DNA of 33,395 nucleotides from a virus. Taxonomy: Duplodnaviria > Caudoviricetes. The translations under genes and the position numbers were made by a program. The DNA lies in the IMG/VR virus record IMGVR_UViG_3300020045_014702, positions 1 to 33,395 of that record, one strand, 5' to 3'. The notes under the pieces are model-generated. The model was not told the DNA's origin. It saw only the letters and a program-made list of their open reading frames with translations, and did no database searches. This document shows positions 1 through 8,552 of the stretch, one piece after another (the first letter of the stretch is position 1; every line of letters starts with the position of its first letter).

Positions 1-309
1 AGCGCTTCGGAGCAAACCTTCCTTTTCATCAAAAGCAGAAGCGCCCTCTTCAAGCATTCTGATTAACGGATCCTTTGAATAGTCAAGAATAACTGTACCC
101 TCCATTCTTCCGGAATCTACTACGTGTACATTTTGAATGTATCGTCGCCTAGTAGAGTGAAGTGCGTTGTTTGCTTCTTGCTCTAGTTGTTGTGCGTAGC
201 GTGCTGCAAGGGTTTTGGCTATATTATCGCAGACGGATTCGATTTGATCTCCGCTGAGAGCAAACTGTTGCTGTAAAGCTGATCCATCTATGATAATTGG
301 TATAATCAT
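1..309 (-). CDS. Partial (3'-truncated) putative neck/tail-completion virion protein
   Basis: Not in the ORF track. ATG at 309 overlaps the upstream stop (TAATG) and the frame stays open to the window edge: MIIPIIIDGSALQQQFALSGDQIESVCDNIAKTLAARYAQQLEQEANNALHSTRRRYIQN...LIRMLEEGASAFDEKEGLL. Function inferred from position after the neck genes. Confidence 0.6.
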   Translation of the reverse strand, partial: MIIPIIIDGSALQQQFALSGDQIESVCDNIAKTLAARYAQQLEQEANNALHSTRRRYIQNVHVVDSGRMEGTVILDYSKDPLIRMLEEGASAFDEKEGLLRSA

Positions 310-911
310 TAATATTTAGACATTTTATCTCCTATGTTCTCGTGAATCTCGTCGTGATGCTTCTTATAAGATTTGTAATCTCCTGCGCGAGAATCTGCGT
401 AATCTCCATGAGCTGTTCCGTCTGCCTCTTCAGCGTCGTCTTCGTTGTATCCTGCTTTCTCAGCAGCTTCTGAAGCACTATAATTAATCATACTATGATC
501 TTCGAGATGAGATTTGATTTTATCTTTATGTTTTTCATAAAACTCTTTAGTCTTGGTTGCTTCTTTCGTAGATCCGCCTTTACCCTCTCTCTTCCTTTGT
601 TCGCTAGGAGCAGACTCAATCGCTATTGAATGATAAAAAGAATTAACCGAATGATTTTTCTTCTCTGAAGATTCCTCAGGGTGTTTCGATGCTTCGTTTT
701 TATTGACAATACTTGCGTCTTTATGATCTTGAGCAGTAAAGTCTCGATGAGCTGAGTGACCATAAGTATCGTAGATAGGTTTACCGCTTCGCGTGTGACC
801 GATAATTTTCCCTCCTTTTGAACCCTCTCCGCCTTTTTCTAAAAGGGTTTCTGGAGTTTCGTTGTAACAACTTAAAATACGTGCAGCTTGTGCTTTTTGA
901 ATATCGTTCAT
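309..911 (-). CDS. Putative internal head (capsid cargo) protein with QKA-x-RIL...LEK/G leader
   Basis: N-terminus MNDIQKAQAARILSCYNETPETLLEKGGEGSKGGKIIGHTRSGKPIY is near-paralogous to 1744..2265. His/Lys/Glu-rich C-terminus. Sits among neck genes. Confidence 0.6.
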   Translation of the reverse strand: MNDIQKAQAARILSCYNETPETLLEKGGEGSKGGKIIGHTRSGKPIYDTYGHSAHRDFTAQDHKDASIVNKNEASKHPEESSEKKNHSVNSFYHSIAIESAPSEQRKREGKGGSTKEATKTKEFYEKHKDKIKSHLEDHSMINYSASEAAEKAGYNEDDAEEADGTAHGDYADSRAGDYKSYKKHHDEIHENIGDKMSKY

Positions 912-936
912 TTTCTTATGTTTTTAAATTATTTCA

Positions 937-986
937 TAAAGATACAGTTTTTATTCTTGCAAAACAACAAAAGTATGTTTTATTTT
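937..986 (-). promoter_or_regulatory. Repeated phage promoter, class 1 (Bacteroidota-type -33 TTG / -7 TATCTTTA)
   Basis: The 25 bp at 962-986 are identical to the repeats at 22182-22261 and 24492-24571, with the same 16-nt spacing to GTATCTT. Confidence 0.65.
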
Positions 987-1744
987 CAATCTGTGTATGA
1001 ATTATCGATTAATCTATCTCCAAGGAGATTGTTTGCTTTTAATTGGTAGTGTGCTCTTCGAGCTATTGCTGAGACTGGCATGTTTTGAAGTCTTTCAGTT
1101 CCTCGCCACTCGAATGTTTGCATTGTTTCTCTCCGCATTTCAATTACGTGAAACTCAGGAGCGTGTTTGTATCTAATTGTGAAAGATGTATTTTCTGCGT
1201 TAATATCACTTCCAAGAAGATCAAGATTCGTTAATTTGAAAGCGCTGCCTTCAATAGTGAAATCAGTCCCTTCGATTAATCTCAGTAGTGGTTCGTCTGT
1301 CGCTACAAACATTCCTACATATAGAATCTCTTTTACAGCATATGTTGTGTAGCAGAAGATTTCTTCACCTTTCTTTTTGAAGAACAGTACTTCGTTGAAG
1401 ATCGCTTCTCCGTTTAGTACTGTTATTTTATCCATAGCTGAGAGTTGCTCTTCAGCTTTGCAAGTGACGTTGACAGTTCCTCGCATTTCCTCTGACCACG
1501 CTTTGAAATCTGTTACAATATTGATTGCAGTCAAGATCATTCGTGTTTTTACTGGATTGATGAATACCCATCCGGTTCCTCCACAGTTTTTACAATCGCT
1601 TTGTTGGTTTGTAGATTTTGATTTGCAGGGACACTCCAACGCTTTTTCAAAGATCACATCTCCACCTTTTTGATCAATAAGCTTTTCGAACTCAGTTTTG
1701 TCGAGATCAGCTCTTAGTTGTGAAAGGTTAGTTTGTTGAAGCAT
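986..1744 (-). CDS. Head-closure/neck protein with Zn-binding CPC...CxxCGGTG motif
   Basis: FEKALECPCK...DCKNCGGTGWVF motif typical of SPO1/Twort-like neck proteins; downstream of capsid and adaptor genes. Confidence 0.7.
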   Translation of the reverse strand: MLQQTNLSQLRADLDKTEFEKLIDQKGGDVIFEKALECPCKSKSTNQQSDCKNCGGTGWVFINPVKTRMILTAINIVTDFKAWSEEMRGTVNVTCKAEEQLSAMDKITVLNGEAIFNEVLFFKKKGEEIFCYTTYAVKEILYVGMFVATDEPLLRLIEGTDFTIEGSAFKLTNLDLLGSDINAENTSFTIRYKHAPEFHVIEMRRETMQTFEWRGTERLQNMPVSAIARRAHYQLKANNLLGDRLIDNSYTD

Positions 1745-2265
1745 TATTTATTATAATAAGAAAATTCTTGATTCGGATCAAATTTACCTATAACTTCACC
1801 GTCTCCTTGTTTTGCGAATTGAGAAGCTCTATTATTAGTCGTGCGAACGAAGCTGCCATCATTCATTTTTACTACACTATAATTTTGAGGCTTAGTTAAT
1901 TTACCAGCAGGGTTAGTAGCTAATTTCTCAGAAGAGAATTTACCATCTCCATAAGAGGTTGAAATTGAAATTCGATCTCCTTCTTTCTTTTTGATTTGAG
2001 CTTCGTGATGAGCGATTCCAACCTTATTAACAAGAGAGTTCTTTTGTTTGTGAACCTCAATTGCTTCTCTGTGTTCATTTGGGGTAAAATCAGCATGGAG
2101 ATGGTGAGCGGTGCCTTCGTAGATTGGTTTATCTGTTGAAGTGTGACCGATAATGTGTCCACCGCGAGATCCTTCGCCTCCTTTTTCAAGGATGGATTCT
2201 TTGGTCTCGCCGTAGCAGCCTAAAATACGCTCTCTCTGAGCTTTTTGAAATTCATTTATTTCCAT
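1744..2265 (-). CDS. Putative internal head (capsid cargo) protein, paralog of 309..911
   Basis: Start moved to ATG 2265 (TAATG overlap). MEINEFQKAQRERILGCYGETKESILEKGGEGSRGGHIIGHTSTDKPIY..HADFT..EH..A is shared with 309..911; the C-terminus is unrelated. Confidence 0.6.
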   Translation of the reverse strand: MEINEFQKAQRERILGCYGETKESILEKGGEGSRGGHIIGHTSTDKPIYEGTAHHLHADFTPNEHREAIEVHKQKNSLVNKVGIAHHEAQIKKKEGDRISISTSYGDGKFSSEKLATNPAGKLTKPQNYSVVKMNDGSFVRTTNNRASQFAKQGDGEVIGKFDPNQEFSYYNK

Positions 2266-3113
2266 TATGCGCAAATCATTAAAAATGCATTATAATAATC
2301 AATCAATCGTTGTAATTCTCCCGATTTTTGACCCTTTGTGTCTCCAAGAGTTTGTTGGTATTGTTGAATTCTGGCCTTAAAGATACCGCTTGTAGCTCCA
2401 CTTGACAACGATTGAGATAAGCCGTCGATTGAAATACTCTTCGAATTTAGTCCCCAACCTATTCCTGAGCCAGTTTCCCCAGCTTGACGATTTCCCATCA
2501 GCATATCGCTTAGAACTGCCAAAAAAGATATACTAGCAAGCATTCCAATAACATGAACAATGTCTGATGGAACTTTTTCAAATCCTGTGATGTATTCTTG
2601 GTTCCAGTAGCAAGGTATTTGTCCGTTTGATCCATAAGAAGCGAACCAATTCAGATTTGGCATTACTCCTGAGAAAATAATTGAGTTCTGACTTGTGACT
2701 GAATTGTATGTCGGAACCATATAGAGAATTCGACTGTACAGTTTGTTGTCGCTTGTCTTTCTAGCCTGTAGCCATGAGCGAGGATAGTCGACTTGTTTAG
2801 TTGTGCCAAGATAGCCTCTCAACGCGATTGGGTACACTACCGGATAAGTCGCTTTTGTGTAACTCCAGTGTACCCAATCGTCGTAGAAAAAGTCTTTCTG
2901 CTCTTTAATTATTTCTCTGTTTAGTCTTAAATTCAATAAATCCTCAACTTGTTCCTTAGCTGCACTTAGATAGTGTTCGTAGATCTCTGCTGGTATAAGT
3001 ACCCCGTCTTTTTCAAGGGGTAGACCAAACAAATACTTCTGCTTAAACTCCTCAACAGATAAGATCTGTCGAGTGCTCTTATCAGTGATTATACTAAGGG
3101 TTATTTGAGGCAT
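2265..3113 (-). CDS. Head-tail adaptor (neck) protein
   Basis: LSVEEFKQKYLFGLPL, Y..AAKEQVEDLL, YITGFEKVPSDI and SKSISIDGLSQS motifs of myovirus adaptor proteins; synteny after the capsid gene. Confidence 0.75.
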   Translation of the reverse strand: MPQITLSIITDKSTRQILSVEEFKQKYLFGLPLEKDGVLIPAEIYEHYLSAAKEQVEDLLNLRLNREIIKEQKDFFYDDWVHWSYTKATYPVVYPIALRGYLGTTKQVDYPRSWLQARKTSDNKLYSRILYMVPTYNSVTSQNSIIFSGVMPNLNWFASYGSNGQIPCYWNQEYITGFEKVPSDIVHVIGMLASISFLAVLSDMLMGNRQAGETGSGIGWGLNSKSISIDGLSQSLSSGATSGIFKARIQQYQQTLGDTKGQKSGELQRLIDYYNAFLMICA

Positions 3114-3122
3114 ATTATTGTA

Positions 3123-3614
3123 TTAAGCTAATTTTTCTTTCAGATAAGTGATCAAATCTTTCTTGATTAAATTTCTCCATTCTGCACCCGGAAAATCTTT
3201 CGCCAATTCTTTCAATTCAGCTACTGTTTTTTCTTCAAGTGAAGCAAAGAAGATTTCTTTTTCGTGTTGAGAGATTAAACCGGCGTCTTCTTGAATTTCT
3301 TCGTGAAGTTCGTTTTCACCTTCAGGATTCAACTCATCTTCTTCAGTTTTCTCTTTGAGAGGTTCTGCAGTAGTTGTGGTTGTTGTTTCCTCTACGGTGG
3401 TAGTTGTAGTGGTGACTGGTGCTTCAGTTGTAGTGCTTGTGGTTTCTACTACTTCAACAATGTTGAATCCAATCTCGAGTGCTTCGATCTGTTGAGCGAT
3501 CTCTTCAGACTCTACTTCAATAATTCCTTCCTCTGTGATTTTTATTTCTCCTACGATTGGAAGGCAGGCTTTTCTACCCCATTTGTGTTTCAATTCTGTT
3601 TTTAACGATACCAT
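3123..3614 (-). CDS. Capsid-downstream protein with Thr-rich linker and C-terminal HeH/Rho-N-like motif
   Basis: Likely start MVSLK at ATG 3614. ETTSTTTEAPVTTTTTTVEETTTTTTAEP linker; LEEKTVAELKELAK...IKKDLITYL resembles Rho-N/HeH. Confidence 0.6.
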   Translation of the reverse strand: MVSLKTELKHKWGRKACLPIVGEIKITEEGIIEVESEEIAQQIEALEIGFNIVEVVETTSTTTEAPVTTTTTTVEETTTTTTAEPLKEKTEEDELNPEGENELHEEIQEDAGLISQHEKEIFFASLEEKTVAELKELAKDFPGAEWRNLIKKDLITYLKEKLA

Positions 3615-3688
3615 CTTTAAAATATTTATAGTTTGCGTAAATATCAGCAATCTATTTCTTTAATGCAAAAAAAGCGTCGCACTAATAA

Positions 3689-4702
3689 TTATTCCTTATA
3701 ATCCTTCCTATATAACCATTTATATCCAATAAAGTTTCGATCGTTATTCTGAATGTAGTAACGAATCGCTCCTTGTCGTCCAGTTTGCCCTAAAACCCAA
3801 TCTGATGCCTCCTTAGCCATTTTGAACTCTATACAGATTTTGTTGTTCGAATCTACAGCTACGATCTCCTTCCACCAGGTATTGACATATCCTTCCTTAG
3901 ACTGAGTTTCTCTCTTCGATTGCATTCTTTTATCGCATACTTCTTTTGAACCGAGTAGAGCGGTTCTTTTCGCTCTGTATTCCGGATTATCCCAATTTGC
4001 TTTCTGCTTGATTCTGTTTTTTTCGTTTCTCTCTGGCGTCTTCGCTACTTTTGCGAGATATTCAGGATCTTGCCAGTTGGCTTTAGATTTGATTGAGACT
4101 TTCGCTCTCTTCTCTGGTCGACCATTAATTTCTTTCCATTTTTGAGTGTAAGCGTCAGGATCTGCTTCTCTCTCTTGCTCTCTTTGTTTTTTAGATGCTG
4201 TTTTCATTTTTTCATGATGAGCTTCACTCCATACTTGCTCTATTCTTTTTTTATGCCACTCGGGTGTACGAATAGTGTTCTGTTTTTCGATATACCACTC
4301 TTGTTGCCATAGCCAGATAGCGTTATCTTTCATTTTTTCGAGAGCTTCAGGAGTATGTGGTCTTCCTTCTGATCTCCCAGCTACTGGACAAACATTATAA
4401 CCTAATTTAAGAAATCGATCGTCTTTGCCTTTCGTTAAGCAATATTCTTGCGAATAGAGAAGTGTATCGAGATAGTATTGTTCTCTTTCTAGTAATATGC
4501 TTAGTTCGCATTCTTCGATAATAGAAAACTCGAAAGCTTCTTCGCCGTATTTATTAAAAGAGTGTTGTAGATGAGTTGAGTGGTGAGAGTTTGATCGCAA
4601 ATACCAAAAATGTTGTGTTTTTCGTCTCTCAAAGTTGTCGCTTGATCCAATATAGATCTTATTTGTTGTGTTATTTTTTATTTGATAGATTCCACTATTC
4701 AT
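3689..4702 (-). CDS. Free-standing GIY-YIG homing endonuclease
   Basis: SGIYQIKN...KIYIGSS...RRKTQH, EREQYY and GYNV motifs; WxDPEY helical repeats; NUMOD1-like C-terminus. Confidence 0.92.
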   Translation of the reverse strand: MNSGIYQIKNNTTNKIYIGSSDNFERRKTQHFWYLRSNSHHSTHLQHSFNKYGEEAFEFSIIEECELSILLEREQYYLDTLLYSQEYCLTKGKDDRFLKLGYNVCPVAGRSEGRPHTPEALEKMKDNAIWLWQQEWYIEKQNTIRTPEWHKKRIEQVWSEAHHEKMKTASKKQREQEREADPDAYTQKWKEINGRPEKRAKVSIKSKANWQDPEYLAKVAKTPERNEKNRIKQKANWDNPEYRAKRTALLGSKEVCDKRMQSKRETQSKEGYVNTWWKEIVAVDSNNKICIEFKMAKEASDWVLGQTGRQGAIRYYIQNNDRNFIGYKWLYRKDYKE

Positions 4703-4734
4703 GCTCTTTCGATATAAAATTTATAATTTGAGTT

Positions 4735-4764
4735 AAAAATAAGAGCTAATTTCTTAGCTCTTAT
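4735..4764 (-). terminator. Intrinsic terminator after the major capsid gene
   Basis: Minus strand ATAAGAGCTAA-GAAA-TTAGCTCTTAT followed by TTTT. Confidence 0.8.
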
Positions 4765-4790
4765 AAATTATTTACCTTATTGCTTTCTTA

Positions 4791-6260
4791 TTAAGCAGTA
4801 GTCAAAGTTTTGCCGACATTGATGTAACGCACCACTTTGCGTGGGGCATACAACTGGGGGGTCCCAAAACTGAAACAAATAAAGCGTCGACTCATCGATA
4901 AAACAGCTAAATCCAATTTCGAAATTGGAGCCAATTGTTTGAACGCTACAACTTCTTCATCAATCTGAGTCAAGAATGCTTGTTCAGTGTTTGGTAAGAA
5001 ATATCCAGCGTCGCGAATTTTACCAGCAGCTCCACCATTGAATCCAGCAGCAAGATTAGCAGCACCAACTTTGAAGATTGGATAAAATTCTAAACCTGCA
5101 TGAGTAGCAGCAGTAGTGATCTTCGTGCGATAAATCACGTAACCGTTAGTTACATTTGATCCGGCACCAGCAACAAAAGTCAAATCTACAGCGTAACCAG
5201 CAGCTAATGTGATTGGAGTAGCGTGGATAGCTAAGTTTGATTCACCATAACGGTTGATTGCAGATACTGCGTAGAAACAGTCACCAAATTCACCGGTTGC
5301 GTATTTCGACAAAGCATCAGCGGCCAAAGCAACTGTAGAGATAGTTGGAACAGAAGGAGCTTTCGTTGAGGTTGAAGGAGTAGCTGAATTTTTTGAAGGA
5401 TCAGCTTTCATGAATTTATCGCCCATCAAAGCGGCATCTCCCATAGTGGTTGAAATCGCTTTCGGAACAACTCCAATCTTACCTTCAAATCCGGTACCGT
5501 TTTGAATGATACGTTGAGTTTCGAAGTAATCCTGAGCTAAAGCCGATAGAACAGTTGTTGGAGCAGCTAAGTGAGAGATGGTTCCGTAGTTGTCGTCAAC
5601 CTGGATCGCACCCTTTTCAACATCCATTTGCTTCAAACTTTTCCCGCGCAAATCAACTACTGTGCCACTGTTGTAGTAAGCTTCGAAAGTTGGATACAAG
5701 AAATCTTGAGTTGCACCAATACTTGCATGTTGTTTGTAGATAGAGTTGAACTCCTGAGGAATAATGTCAGCGTCGCCTTTTGTCAAAGTTGTGTTAGCTA
5801 AACGCATGATCCACATCATTTTGTTTTCAACTTCCTTACGCATTGCGTCAACGTACGAACGTACCATTTGAGCTTGCATTGTTACTTCACCGGTAACCTG
5901 CATGTATTTTACCAACTCAGACCGACGGATGTATTTGCTGTCTTCTACATCAGAAAGCTCACCTTCGTCGTAGAAACCTCCACGTTGTGAACCGTAGCTT
6001 GATAATTGCAAGAATTCTTCAACAGTATTGTAAGCAGTAAGCTTGGGAATCGCGTTGAACAATTTGATATCGCTTGTGCGATATTCCAGTAATTTCAATG
6101 TTTTTTCAAGAGACTCTGCTTTCAGAGGTTCTTGGGTTAAACTTAACCCTGTGGTGTCTCTACCGGTAATTTGACCAGCAGACATTGCTTTTTGCAACTC
6201 CAATTGGCCTTCTTGTTCGGTTCCACCGAAGCCATCAACATAGTCATTTAATCCTACCAT
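4791..6260 (-). CDS. Major capsid protein (Herelleviridae-like)
   Basis: 489 aa. LQKAMSAG propeptide end, PLKAESLEKTLKLL, C-terminal LYAPRKVVRYINVG, biased codon usage; follows the prohead protease gene. Confidence 0.92.
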   Translation of the reverse strand: MVGLNDYVDGFGGTEQEGQLELQKAMSAGQITGRDTTGLSLTQEPLKAESLEKTLKLLEYRTSDIKLFNAIPKLTAYNTVEEFLQLSSYGSQRGGFYDEGELSDVEDSKYIRRSELVKYMQVTGEVTMQAQMVRSYVDAMRKEVENKMMWIMRLANTTLTKGDADIIPQEFNSIYKQHASIGATQDFLYPTFEAYYNSGTVVDLRGKSLKQMDVEKGAIQVDDNYGTISHLAAPTTVLSALAQDYFETQRIIQNGTGFEGKIGVVPKAISTTMGDAALMGDKFMKADPSKNSATPSTSTKAPSVPTISTVALAADALSKYATGEFGDCFYAVSAINRYGESNLAIHATPITLAAGYAVDLTFVAGAGSNVTNGYVIYRTKITTAATHAGLEFYPIFKVGAANLAAGFNGGAAGKIRDAGYFLPNTEQAFLTQIDEEVVAFKQLAPISKLDLAVLSMSRRFICFSFGTPQLYAPRKVVRYINVGKTLTTA

Positions 6261-6322
6261 GATTGTATTTTTGTGTTTGTAATTTTGCGATTAACGATTT
6301 CAAAATGCGATTCACGATTTGA

Positions 6323-8047
6323 TTACTTCACTAATGTGATACCCATTGCTCTTAATTTAGGAGCTAAGGCTGTATAGTCTGCCGATTTGCTGATTTCAAG
6401 ATCGGCTACTGCTTTTTCAAGTTGAGCGTCTTCTTTACCTTGTGATTTCAAAATTTCTACGTGACCAAAAATTCGATCACCTAAACGTTTTACGTCGCTT
6501 GCGTTGCTGATGCAATACATATCTTCGCTACCTTCTTCGTTTCCTTTTTCAAAGCGCTCAATTGATTGAACTGTACGTTTTGATTTAGGTGCTGCCGGAG
6601 TTTCTGCAAGTTTTTCGAAGTCATCTGAAAGATCATCAAAACCTTTTTGAAGAGTACTTAAACTCTCTTTTAGTTCAGTGTTTTCAGAAACTACTGATTT
6701 CAAAATCGCTCCAATTGCTCCAAAGTTTTGACCTAGAGTGTTTTGTAAACCTTTTACAAGATCAAGAACTGGATCAGGCTGTATTTCGAGCGTCATCATT
6801 TCTTCACCTTTGACGATCGGAACCGTTTCAGCAGCAATCGTGCCGCCGTTTTCTTTTAACGCTTCTGCTTGAGAAATACATGCTTGACAAGCTGTTTCCG
6901 CCATCGTTAGATCTACTCCACATGAAGCCATTGCTTTTACAACGTCTCCTTGAGCCATTCCGGAAGCCAATAAACCTTTCGCCATTGAGGTGCAAGCTTT
7001 TGCTTTTTTCACTTCTTCCGTTTCTTCCTCAGCTACTTCTTTACCGGAAGTTGCAGGTTCAGTTTTTTCTTCATCTTCTTCCTCGTCTTTTTCTTTAGCC
7101 TTGTTAGTTTCTTCGTTTTCTTCCTTGCCTTTTACAAGTCCATCGAGAATCTCGAAAGATTTCTGAAGAGTTTCTTCAGTTATTTTTTCACCTTTTACCA
7201 TATTGAAAAGTTTTTCGTTGACTGTTGATATAAAATTGAAAATTTCTTTTGCTTTGATTACGTCAGTTGTATACCGATCGTAGATTTGAATGTAAACTTC
7301 ACTTTTGTTTAACGATAACCCAACAGTGGGCTTTTCTTTATGTTCGACTGACTCAGGCATAGCAGGGCTCATCGCCACAGTATCCATGGCCTTCTCAGTT
7401 GTACCTTCTTTTTCGTTTTTTTCTTTCTCTTTTTTCTTTTCTTCGTCAGTTAATTCTTCATCTTCAACATAGAATTCATCAGACTGTCCTTTCACAATCG
7501 ACATCAAAGTATTTGGATTCTTTGGACTCTGTGTGATTGCTACTCCAGTGATACGAGCTTTTGTTACTTGCTTCCATAAATAGGGATCGAAGCTTGGGTT
7601 CTTAATTGTTTGTGCCTTATCTAGATATTCCGGTCCACACCCTCTTTCAGTAGCTTGTCCTTCGATCGAAAACCCCAATCTTCTGTTTGGAGAATACGTT
7701 TCAAGAGTTTCTGCTAACTCTGCTACTTCTTTGCCTTGAGCGTTTGGATAGAGAAAACCTTCAATGTAGAGATCTCTACCGTCATTGATGATCTTAGCTG
7801 CTGTAGGCTCTCCGCAAATTGCTTTTGCAGATTTAGTAGCTTGATGATTCCAATTTAAAAATCCAGTCTTCAAAAGTGGACTGAAATCAAATCCTGATGG
7901 AATCAACGTTTCCCCATCAGAATCTTCCGCTGCAGAAGAAGCTATTCCTTTTATTTTGGTAATAGCTTTCCCCTTGTTATCTAAACCTTTTTCAAAAGCT
8001 AGGGGTACGAAGAAATTAAATTTGTTGCTGTTAGTTGCTGTAGTCAT
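6323..8047 (-). CDS. Prohead protease fused to scaffold domain
   Basis: IKGIASSAAEDSDGE, FLNWNH, LGFSIEG and VAITQSPKNPNT protease motifs, then an acidic coiled-coil scaffold with many [FILMV]xK[GAS] sites. Confidence 0.88.
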   Translation of the reverse strand: MTTATNSNKFNFFVPLAFEKGLDNKGKAITKIKGIASSAAEDSDGETLIPSGFDFSPLLKTGFLNWNHQATKSAKAICGEPTAAKIINDGRDLYIEGFLYPNAQGKEVAELAETLETYSPNRRLGFSIEGQATERGCGPEYLDKAQTIKNPSFDPYLWKQVTKARITGVAITQSPKNPNTLMSIVKGQSDEFYVEDEELTDEEKKKEKEKNEKEGTTEKAMDTVAMSPAMPESVEHKEKPTVGLSLNKSEVYIQIYDRYTTDVIKAKEIFNFISTVNEKLFNMVKGEKITEETLQKSFEILDGLVKGKEENEETNKAKEKDEEEDEEKTEPATSGKEVAEEETEEVKKAKACTSMAKGLLASGMAQGDVVKAMASCGVDLTMAETACQACISQAEALKENGGTIAAETVPIVKGEEMMTLEIQPDPVLDLVKGLQNTLGQNFGAIGAILKSVVSENTELKESLSTLQKGFDDLSDDFEKLAETPAAPKSKRTVQSIERFEKGNEEGSEDMYCISNASDVKRLGDRIFGHVEILKSQGKEDAQLEKAVADLEISKSADYTALAPKLRAMGITLVK

Positions 8048-8054
8048 AGTTGTG

Positions 8055-8552
8055 TTAGTTTACTGATTCAGCCATTTCATTATCGAGAAGGCGAAGTGCA
8101 ATTTTATCGTCTCCATAAGAGTTGAGTTTATCGACCCATGCCTGCGTTTTGCTGAGCTCTTCAACTTGTTCTTTCAGGTATCTCATCGCTAACTCCAGTG
8201 TCATAAAGTCTCCTTCTGTATGAGCTGCTGTTGCTAAAGCTTTACATTGATCGGTCACTTCGATTTCGTGTTTCAGACTCAAAGCTACGATATTCGCCAA
8301 TCCCTTGTAATCGTTTTGAGGTTTCTCTAACGAAGGAGTAGTAGGTTTGATGTTTAAATCGAGTAGGTATTGATAAGCCCATTCTTTGTGTACGAGCTCT
8401 TCTTCACTGTACCTATACCATACTTTTGCAGCGCCGGAGAATCCGTGAAAGTCTAACCATACTGCCATCGCTTTGTATAGTCGTGAGCTCGCTTCTTCTT
8501 GCTCTATGCGGTAGTTCATTAATTGAACTATTTTATCGGAGATTATAGCCAT
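8055..8552 (-). CDS. Ferritin (non-heme Ftn type)
   Basis: 165 aa four-helix pattern with ferroxidase-like residues: EQEEASSRLY, EEELVH, KHEIEVT, EQVEE. Confidence 0.85.
   Translation of the reverse strand: MAIISDKIVQLMNYRIEQEEASSRLYKAMAVWLDFHGFSGAAKVWYRYSEEELVHKEWAYQYLLDLNIKPTTPSLEKPQNDYKGLANIVALSLKHEIEVTDQCKALATAAHTEGDFMTLELAMRYLKEQVEELSKTQAWVDKLNSYGDDKIALRLLDNEMAESVN

Noticed and set aside
818-1000. Similar peptide QQKYVLF in plus-strand ORFs 818..1000 and 22204..22398
   Set aside because: It is just the translation of the repeated promoter element read on the opposite strand.
1920-2189. Nested minus-strand ORF in an alternative frame
   Set aside because: It lies wholly inside 1744..2265, which has paralog support; no independent evidence.
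3689-4790. Group I intron around the GIY-YIG gene in the capsid gene
   Set aside because: The capsid ORF appears complete and is followed by a terminator; the flanks are too short for an intron core.
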